Source: the human T2T-CHM13v2.0 reference genome, Homo sapiens | Reading direction: 5' to 3' (one strand) | DNA: 64,000 bases | NCBI RefSeq assembly: GCF_009914755.1 | Contig: NC_060931.1 | Shown: positions 54,425 to 64,000 of the stretch, one piece after another | Numbering within the stretch: position 1 is the stretch's first letter | How the letters are laid out: each line of letters begins with the position of its first letter | Position numbers and translations under genes: made by a program | The notes under the pieces: model-generated | What the model was told of the DNA's origin: nothing | Seen by the model: only the letters and a program-made list of their open reading frames with translations | Databases searched by the model: none

Positions 54425-54694
54425 AGACCGTGTCTCTCTGTTGCCCAGGCTGGGGCGCGGTGGCTCAATCTCGGCTCACTGCAACCTCTGCCTCCTGGGT
54501 TCAAACAGTTCTCCTGCCTCAGCCTCCCAAGTAGTGGTGGCGTGCGCCACCACGACCAGCTAATTTTTGTATTTTTAGTAGAGACGGGGTTTCACCATGT
54601 TGGCCAGGATGGTCTCGGTCTCTTGACCTCGTTGTCCGCCTGCCTCAGCCTCCCAAAGTGCTGGGATTACAGGTGTGAGCTACTGTGCCCGGCC
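54387..54694 (-). mobile_element. AluS inserted in an L2 remnant
   Basis: Long poly-T; TSD ATCTCTACCAGATG; flanks look like L2. Confidence 0.95.
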
Positions 54695-54997
54695 ATCTCT
54701 ACCAGATGTTTTAAAGACACCTCACATCCCTCCTGTCCAGTACCAACCCCAGTATCTCACCACTCAGTCTCTCCCTCCAGTCCCTTGGCCTACCCTTGAC
54801 ATGTTCATTGTTCTTTAATTCCTTTAACAGTCTTCTATCACATTGGACGTTTACCTCTCCCTCACACTTTGTGTCTTACCTGTTACCGTCTTGCCACCTC
54901 TACTTCCTACATTTCTCTATAACCCATCCATGTCTTTCCACCTCTAATGTCATCATATTCAAATTATTGCCATCTCGCACCTGGGTCATTACTTCTA

Positions 54998-55292
54998 TTT
55001 TTATTTTTTGAGACAGGGTCTTACTCTGTCACCCAGGCTGCAGTGCAGTGGCATGATCATAGCTCACTGCAGGCTGGAACTCCTGGGTTCAAGCGATCTT
55101 CCTACCACAACCTCTTCAATGGTGGGGACTATATAGGTGTGCACCATCATACCTGGCTAATGTTTTAATTTTTGTAGAGACAGGGTCTCCTTATGTTGTC
55201 CAAGCTGGTATTGAACTCCTGGGCTCAAGTGAGCCTCCTTCCTGGCCTACCAAAATTCTGGAATTGCAGGTGTGAGCCACCGTGTCCAGCCC
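54998..55292 (-). mobile_element. AluJ
   Basis: Antisense Alu with J-type features. Confidence 0.9.
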
Positions 55293-56627
55293 TGACCCAT
55301 TGTATCATCCTAACTGATACCCCTGCATTCACTTGGTACTCTCCCGTCCATTTTCCACATGGCAACCAGGATGATAATTTTAAAACACATTTAATCATGA
55401 TATCCTCTTGCTTAAAGCTCTTTGATTCCTTCCCCTTGTTCCATTCTCTCCCTTATGTAGAAGCTGATGACTAGTTAGTTCCAGGGTCTGGAACCTGAAC
55501 TCTCCCTCCTGCTCTTTAGTGTCACTTGCTTCTTGTTGTCTTCAAGGCCTGGCCCTTCCTTGGATACTTGTTCTCCCCTCTGTCTGGAAGTGCTGCTTCT
55601 TGCTCTCTGGAGCCCTCCCCAGCCCTGCCCCTTAACTGCCCCACCTATTCGCACTGGTTCATAGCAGCTCATTCTCCAGTCTTCCTCCTTTGAGCCCCCT
55701 CGGGTGTGGGGCTCCTCCAGAGCAGCGTTTCCACCCTTGGAGCACGTCTCTCTCACTTGGTGCTGCGATGACTTGATTTCGCAAAAATCAAGCAGGACAA
55801 AGGAGATGCTTCACATCCTAGTTTTCTTTTTCCTCTAACGTCTTTTCTAATTGTGAAGTTTATTTTGATTATTAATGTTTCATTGGAAAGAAATTATTTC
55901 TCATTGATTGTATAAAAATCAAATGACATGATTATGTTATGGCCAGGTTTTCCCCCTCCAGATGAAAGTCCAGGGGAGAATGGTATTAAAAGTAAATAAA
56001 TTTACTTAACTCTCAAGTCAAGATTTATGAATCATTGACTCAAAAGAATGAAGTATATTATATTTGTACAAGACAGTCTTCCACAGATGCACGGTTTCAT
56101 AGTGGGACTGCATTTAAAAATCACCTGAGCTGCCTCTCTGGCTCTCTGTGGCATCATGTGGTACTTCTTATTCATTGCGACATGGGATTCCTGCCCAAAC
56201 CATTAATTAAACATTTTGACTTTCCCTTTAAAATTCTGTTAGCATTTAGTAGCTTTAATTTAGTTTTAAATGCTGTTTATACTTCCTGCTTATTATCTTT
56301 TGGTAATTAAAACTTTTCCTATTCATCATCAAAAAGTCTGTATTTTTAAAACCCATATTTTAAAACTCAATTTAAAACCTATTTTCAAACAATTTCTCTC
56401 TGTTTTAGATTAAGTGACTAATTTTCTTTATATTCCGTTTCACTCATGAAAGGTTTTGGAGAGCTTCCTAAAAGGTACGATATGCATATGAAAACTGTTC
56501 CTGTGCTCTTACTCTTCTGATCTGCTTTCACCTTTTATGGCTTTCTTTAATGCCAGTGACTTGAACATTACACAGGATTCCATGACCCACAGCTGTTTGC
56601 TGTTTATACATAGACAATATTTTTCAG

Positions 56628-56685
56628 TTGCCGTTACCGCTCCTGGTCGCATCTAACACTACCAGGGCTATGTCTTCAGCAAAAG
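56628..56685 (+). other. Candidate 58-nt exon
   Basis: TATTTTTCAG| ... AAG|GTGAGT; three CpGs retained; contains GCT ATG TCT TCA GCA AAA G. Confidence 0.4.
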
Positions 56686-57019
56686 GTGAGTGGTAGTTCC
56701 AGTACTTCTTTTCCTTTAACCAGACATTACTTTTTCCTAGATTATTATGCCATTGTTCTCATTGTAATCTATTTCTACATTTCTGCCGAATGATACAACT
56801 TAGTGAAATCTTCTAATACCTTATTACCAAAAAGTTTGGGGTCATATAGGACTTTATCATTATTTTGTTTCAGAATACATATGTGTTTTCTACCTATGCC
56901 ATTGTTTTTTGATTCTGTTAATGGTAGATTTATTTTATATGTTGAAATTTAGTATTTTTATATAGTTAATTTTGTCAGTCACTTTGTAGTGAACTTTTCC
57001 AACCTCGAATTTTTTCCTC

Positions 57020-57465
57020 TGTAACCGTTCACTGAGGCTGGAGTTTGGTTTGGATGACCTCATCCCCAGGCCCAGCGATTGACCCTAGTCATACACCCAG
57101 CAAGGTGGCTGACTGGGAACTCAGGCCTAATCTAACTAGCGGGTGGTATTCGTGACTATTAAGAGATGGGTGTATAACTAGGGCTTTTGGCAGTAAGTGG
57201 GGAAAGAGGAACTCCTCTAACTGGTGAGGCATGCAGGCCTAAGGACGGAGACTCTGTAGGCGTGAGGGAAGCCATATGGCTGAAGAAGCTAGCATGTGCA
57301 AGAAGAGGGCAGATTTGAGAGAATGGCAGAGAAATGGAACAAGACTGATCAAATGAGTCTGATTGTGACCTTCCTCTGTACTTTGGAATTACATGAGCCA
57401 TTAAAGTACTTCCTTGTTTAAGCTAGTTGAGATTTCCTATTTGTAGCTTGAAATATCCTAACACT
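57020..57465 (+). mobile_element. Old MLT1 (J/K-like) LTR
   Basis: 3' end acatgagccattaaagtacttccttgtttaagctagttgag...tatcctaaca. Confidence 0.6.
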
Positions 57466-57490
57466 TCATTTTTGCTTTATGGTTTTCTCC

Positions 57491-58117
<627 letters not shown>

Positions 58118-59433
58118 TGCTTTATGGTTTTTTATATATAAAACGTATCATGAGAAGTTGGATGGAAATTTTATCTGTATTTCCTCTTACTGATTTGTTC
58201 GTTTCACAGGTGTTTGAATCCTTACATACAGTGTTTTGTCCTATGGTGTGTGTTAGAGATCTGCCTTTACTTTTTTTCCTAAACAGTTTCCCATATGTAT
58301 TGAATTATATCCTTCCTATTGATTTGCAACATACTCCTTAGGAAACTTTAGGCTGTTGGTGAATTTTCTGTTTTGTTCCACTAATCTGTCTTTAAATCAC
58401 TGTATCAGTAAAAAATTATAAAGTATTATCCTTTTGTAATATATTTTAATGTTTTCAGGGAAAATATCCCTCATTATTTTCCTGAAGTTTCATGGCCATT
58501 ACCTCCCCTTTATTCTTTGGGATTAATTTGGGAGTTATTTTATGTTTTATGAAATAACTTCTTGGAGTTTTGATTAGAAGTTTATAAATTTTATAAATGA
58601 TGAGAGTGTTGACTTATTTTTTGAGATAGATTCACTCCATCCCTTTTAATGTATTTTAGGCATAATATATTATTAGTGCTCTTATAAATGAGAGCTTCAT
58701 TTTCTTATTTTTCAATTTGGGGAAAATTTTTGAGAACATAACTATGGTAATTATTAGAAAAATAACCTGGGAGTATCATATTTACATATTCTCTTTAAAT
58801 ATATTCAACTTTAAAAATAACTTTATTTTTAAAGTTGCATATTCAGTTATCACAAATTTTATGTGTATCTATAAGTCTTTTTGCATTTGTGTGGGCCTTT
58901 TTCTTTGTTCTTGATCAATGTTGCTGGAGGTTTATTGATTTTATTAGACTTTCCAAAGAATCAAAGGTTTTATTGAATTATTGAATCTTTATTTATTTTT
59001 GCTCTTTTATTATTTCCTTGATTCTACCTGATTCATGTTTATACTGTCGTTCCTTTCCTAATTGTTAAATTTGTTGAATTTGATGCTTAGCTTGTTTATT
59101 TTCAGCCTATATTCTTTTATCATTTGAACATTTAAATGTGTACGTTTTTTTCTAATCACTTGCTGCTTAGTTCCAATATATGGTGTTTTTATTATTTTTC
59201 ATGTATACTTTAGCTTTATGATTTCTTCTTTAATCAGTGGATTATTTAGAAATGTGTTTTTATGTGAAAAATGTCATAATGTTTTTTGAAATACTGATTT
59301 CTAACTTGATTGCATTGTGCTTAGAGGACTTGAGGTGTATTAAACTGATTGTTTAGAACTTGTTGAGACTGACTTCATGGTCCAGTATGTGGTCACTTTT
59401 CATAAATGTTTCACATTTGCATAAGCATATCTA

Positions 59434-59794
<361 letters not shown>

Positions 59795-59884
59795 TTAATC
59801 ATATTGTCTAAATTGTCAATATATTTAATGATTGTTTTTGCTCTGATTAGCAATTAGTGAGATATGTTAAAATTACTTCACTAA

Positions 59885-60181
59885 GGCCAGGCATGGTGGC
59901 TCACGCCTGTAATCCCAGCACTTTGGGAGGTCGAGGTGGGGGGATCATGAGGTCAGGAGTTCGAGACCAGCCTGGGCAACATAGTGAAACCCTATTTCTA
60001 CTAAAAATACAAAATTTAGCTGGGCATGGTGGCGTGTGCATGTAGTCCTAGCTACTCAGGAAGTTGAGGCAGGAGAATTGCTTGAAACTGGGAGGCAGAG
60101 GTTGAAGTGAGCCAAGATCGTGCCACTGCACTCTGGCTTGGGCATCAGAGCGAGAGTCCATCTCAAAAAAAAAAAAAAAAA
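59885..60181 (+). mobile_element. AluS
   Basis: Full Alu with poly-A tail. Confidence 0.95.
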
Positions 60182-60564
60182 TTTTTTTTTTCATTAAATG
60201 AGAGACCTCTAATTTTCTCCTAGTTCTTTCAATTTTTTCTTTATATGCTTTGAAGCTATGTTATTAGGTACTGTGATAGGCAGAATAATGCCCCCTCACC
60301 TGTCCACGCCCAAAGTAAAGATGTCTACATCCCAATCGTCAGAACCTGTGAATATGTCCCTTTACATGGCAAAGGGGAATTAAGATAGCAGAAGGAATTA
60401 AGCTTGCTGATCATTTCGTTTTCAAATACAGAGCTAATCTTGGATTATCCAGGTGGGTCCAGTATAATCACAAGTCCTTAATGTGAAAGAAGTAGGCAGA
60501 AGAAGAGTGGTGTGACATGAGAAGGATTCAGCAGGTCATTGCTGGCTGTGAAGATGGAAGGGGG

Positions 60565-61060
60565 CGTGAAAGCTAGCGGTATCAACACAGAGTGGCTCAT
60601 GTGAAAACCTAAGGAAATGGAGCCGCGAGGCCATGAAGAAGGCGCCCTCGTGCACATATGCTCATGTAGGAACTACTGGAAGAACTTCCGTGTTCCGGAT
60701 AAGCTGCCTGCCTCCTGCACATACGCTCATGTAGGAACTACTGGAAGAACTTCCGTGTTCCAGATAAGCTGCCTGCCTCGTGCACATACGCTCATGTAGG
60801 AACTACCGGAAGAACTTCGGTGTTCCCGATAAGCTGCCTGCCCATGGACACTTGCCTCCTTCCAGCTCCTGCAACCAGAGAGCTTTGTCTCAAGACAGCT
60901 CATGTGGACTTCTCATTTTTTCCTTTTAAAAGCTTCTCTTGTCTCAGCCTGTTTGGATATACCTATGGGTCTGCCATAGCGTGCATATGGATTGTAGTCC
61001 CCTGCTATTCCTGAATAAACTGTTTTGGAAAGCCAGTCTCTCGTTTATTTTACGTTGACA
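60565..61060 (+). mobile_element. ERV1-class solo LTR (MER4-group/MER93-like) nested in MLT1D
   Basis: (C/T)GTGAAAG...GTTGACA termini, 4-bp TSD GGGG, TTTAAAA TATA-like element, AATAAA at 61014. Confidence 0.8.
60646..60842. repeat. 65-bp tandem repeat, 3 copies
   Basis: Units start at 60646, 60711 and 60776 and differ at only a few positions. Confidence 0.97.
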
Positions 61061-61499
61061 GGGGCTATGAGTCAAAGGATGCAGGGAGCCTCTAGAAGCT
61101 TGAACAGGTGAGGAAATGGATTCATCTCTAGAGCTTCTGGAAAGAAAGGCAGCTTTGTTGGTTGTAGCCAGTGACGCTGGCATCGGACTTCCAGTTAGTG
61201 TTTCTCTGGTACATCTTTCTTCCTTCTTTTAACCTTCTTTCTGTTGGTATCCTTGTGTTTTAAGTGTGTCTCTGGTAAGCATTATGTATGTGCATTATGT
61301 ATATAGATTTTGAATTTTTTACCTATTCTGACAATACTTGTTTTAAATCAGAGAATTTCAAAGAGTTATACTTACTATGATTACTAATACATTTGGAATT
61401 ATTTGAATTATTTTTACCATTTTATTTTGTCCTTTCACTTTTTAAAACTATTTTACTTAAAAAATTTTAAGAGGCAATTTAAAAAGTTGTTTTTTGGGC

Positions 61500-61640
61500 A
61501 ATAATCCTTTACAGTAGGTATTTTTATTCCACTTTGCAGCTGAGAAAACTAAGACACAGAGGGTTAAGTAACTTGTTCAAGATCACACAATTAGTGTGTG
61601 GCAGAAGCTGGACTTGAACTCTGTTCATCTGACTGTAGTG
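61500..61640 (-). mobile_element. MIR
   Basis: gagaaaactaagacacagagggttaagtaacttgttcaagatcacaca. Confidence 0.8.
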
Positions 61641-61702
61641 ACTGCATATCATCCTGGTACAGTTTCGTTTATTGAGTGTGATAGATTTAAAAAAGGCAGA
61701 AT

Positions 61703-62208
61703 TGTCAGTCAAGGATGTGCCGATGTCTTCGATGTACTCCTCTAGATATGCCCTCTACACGCTGTTCTGTGCTCCCAGAGTCTGACCTCTTTGGACTGTT
61801 AGTGAGCCTCCTGCCTGGTGGCTACCAACTGGGTCCAGCCAGTGAGAAACGAGGGCAAAGAATTAGGTCCAGGTATTTATTCTGACCCTTGAACCACCCT
61901 TCCTTCCCACATACAAGCCCTTCCTGTGTACAGGGTTACCTCAGGGCTCACTGTGTCCCTTGGGAAAGGTCACGGCTCGTGTCAGGGACCCTGTCCACTC
62001 TGTCCTCTCAGCATCTAGTTTCTGCTTCCCTGCTCTTATGCCTTAAGGCCTAGGGGTGCAAACAGCAGTTGTCATTTGCTCCAGGGCATGGCATTATTTG
62101 GTTTTACTAAACTGTCCTACCTTTTGTGAAATTCCCTTTATTAAATGCTTTCCAAATTATCCCTGTTGATTGCACAGTCTGTTTTCTGCCAGGACTCTGA
62201 CTGATACA
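61703..62208 (+). mobile_element. ERVL solo LTR (LTR41-like)
   Basis: gttctgtgctcccagagtctgacctctttggactg...ggtatttattc...; 3' end ctgttttctgccaggactctgactgataca. Confidence 0.7.
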
Positions 62209-62896
62209 GTGAGAAAGGAATGCTTAATCAAATCAGCCGTCCTTTGTGGAAATAAATTATTAAAGCCCTGCCTCACATCAAAAAGCAAAGCTTGAAAAAA
62301 ATATAATAAGGGATTAATAATCAAAACATATAAAAAATGTCAAACATCTATTAAAGAAAAAAGGCAAGCCATGCAAAAGTAAAGTTCAGGGACATATCCT
62401 ACCAGAGATTGTAAAGCTATAGGAATAAAATAGGGTAATACTGGTGTGTAAAAAACACATAGTTTTACAGTCTATTTATCGATCAGATACCTTAAACTAC
62501 CTACCTACTAACAACAATTAAAAATATTAGAGGAGAGATGTAAAAAACTATTGAAAATGTATTTCTGACCAGGCAAGAGAAGACGGAATTGGCAGGGTGA
62601 AAAAGGGCAAGCCAGACTCTAGGGAGGGCAGCGAGCTCTTAGACTGCCTTCACCGTCTTTCTGAACTCAAGGGCCGGGAGTGTCTGCTTTGATGGCTGCA
62701 TGGGACTCCGGAGATAGGCAATAAAGCCCATGGTTTCTACAAAGTGGGAAGCTCCAAGATTTATTGCTGAATAAATCTGGAACCCTAAAGTCCGTAATGT
62801 AAAAGGTGAATGAGAAAGAAATCTCTGCGCAGAAGAGAGAAGGAAACAAGCCTTAACTCACTGGAGTAGCAAGGAAAGCGCTTCTCTGAGAATTGA

Positions 62897-62915
62897 TGAC
62901 CACCAGAGGGCCTCC
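62897..62915 (+). promoter_or_regulatory. Candidate CTCF motif
   Basis: TGACCACCAGAGGGCCTCC matches the CCASYAGRKGGC core. Confidence 0.4.
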
Positions 62916-63269
62916 CACAGGTCTTCCCTGCACATTCCTGCTATCCTACTGGGGAGGTCCAAAACAACCTCCAGCAAACAATTCAACGTGGTCTTCAAGT
63001 AGTTGTGTACCCAGGCAACTGGCAAAAACAAATACAACTCCTCTCTGGAGGAAAGCAGCTTCCACCCAATATTCAAAGCATTACTGAAGGCAACAAAACA
63101 GGAAAACAGGTAAAGGATTCTCAGGCAACTCACAGGACATAAAATGTACATCTTGATTACGAAATAATCTGTGTAATAAGCTTAGAAAATTGCCTGACAC
63201 GTAATAAGTGCTAAGTAAACGTTAGCTATGATGATGCTGGTGACAACAATGATGATTTCAAGTCTTTTT

Positions 63270-64000
63270 AATTCTCTCCTATTAATTGATTTCTCTTGCT
63301 TTGTTAAAATCACACCAGTTTAATTAACACTTGTCATATTGTAAACTTTTTAAAATGTTCAAATTTTTTCATTGTTCTTTTTAGAAGTTTTCTTACATAT
63401 TTTATGTGAGTTTTAGGATTGGCTTGTCAAGTTCCTGAAAAATCATGTTTGAATTTTGATGAGGATAGGGGTTACCTTTATAGATTACTTTGTTAAAAAC
63501 TGACATCTTTACAGTATTGAGTCCTAGCATTTCTGAATAGAGTATATCTTTTAGTTTATTCAGGCTTCTTTTATGTCCTTTAGTCAAGTTTTATAGTTGT
63601 CTTCATAAAGATCTTGCCACCTTTTTTTAGTTTTATACCCACTTTTCCATTTATGTTGCTCTTTCCTATTAAATGCTTAAATTGGCTATATTGAAGATGT
63701 AAGAAGGCTGTTGAGTTTTGTGTTCACCTTGTATGTTTTGCGCTTGCCAAAATCCCTTACTTTTTCTGATTGCCTCTGATTTTCTAGGTGAATAATCATA
63801 TTGTTTGTAAATTGTGATAATCATTTCCTTGTGAATATTTCTGTCTCTAAATTTTTATCTTATTGCAATCCCTGCACCACTACAATGCGGGATTTTAACA
63901 AGTGGAACAGATATCCTTGTTTTCTTCTTCATTTTAATGGATGCTTCTAATATTTTACCATTAAATGTAATATTTTCTCTAAATTTTTGATATATACCTT
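63270..64000 (-). mobile_element. Old L1M ORF2 remnant, running off the window
   Basis: Antisense L1 motifs (actgacatctttacagtattgagtc); ORF 63402-63587 on - resembles L1 ORF2 (LNKLKDILYS...NMIFQELDKPILKLT). Confidence 0.75.

Larger units (their letters stand above)
60272..61195 (+). mobile_element. MLT1D-type MaLR LTR split by an ERV1 LTR
   Basis: tgtgataggcagaataatgcccc...aacctgtgaatatgt...gaagatggaagggg; resumes as ggggctatgagtcaaaggatgcagggagcctctagaagct. Confidence 0.85.

Noticed and set aside
60646-60842. CRISPR-like 65-bp periodicity
   Set aside because: The whole unit is repeated with no variable spacer; it is a tandem duplication inside an LTR.

Overview
This is primate (very probably human) nuclear DNA, not prokaryotic DNA. 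It is AT-rich and CpG-poor, and much of it is decayed interspersed repeat. I can see about 20 Alu/FLAM copies (many with target-site duplications, TSDs), long L1 remnants almost all on the - strand, L2 and MIR fragments, two TcMar-Tigger DNA-transposon relics with terminal inverted repeats (TIRs), and several ERV1/ERVL/MaLR solo LTRs. The T-rich + strand and the antisense L1 bias suggest the window lies inside a long + strand gene, which I cannot name. There is no long ORF; the supplied ORFs are repeat-derived or chance length. The unique sequence holds a well-formed 21-nt exon (901-921) and a cluster of splice signals at 13.7-17.5 kb: a possible 5-nt microexon, a recursive-splice-like CAG|GTGAGT site, and alternative short stop-containing exons, one with a polyA signal. 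Two further exon candidates lie at 33198 and 56628. I found no convincing new biological system. The best leads are the possible alternative C-terminus splicing cassette, a 65-bp triplication inside a nested LTR, and several duplication or foldback scars. Repeat subfamily names come from remembered consensus sequences, and boundaries of old repeats are approximate.
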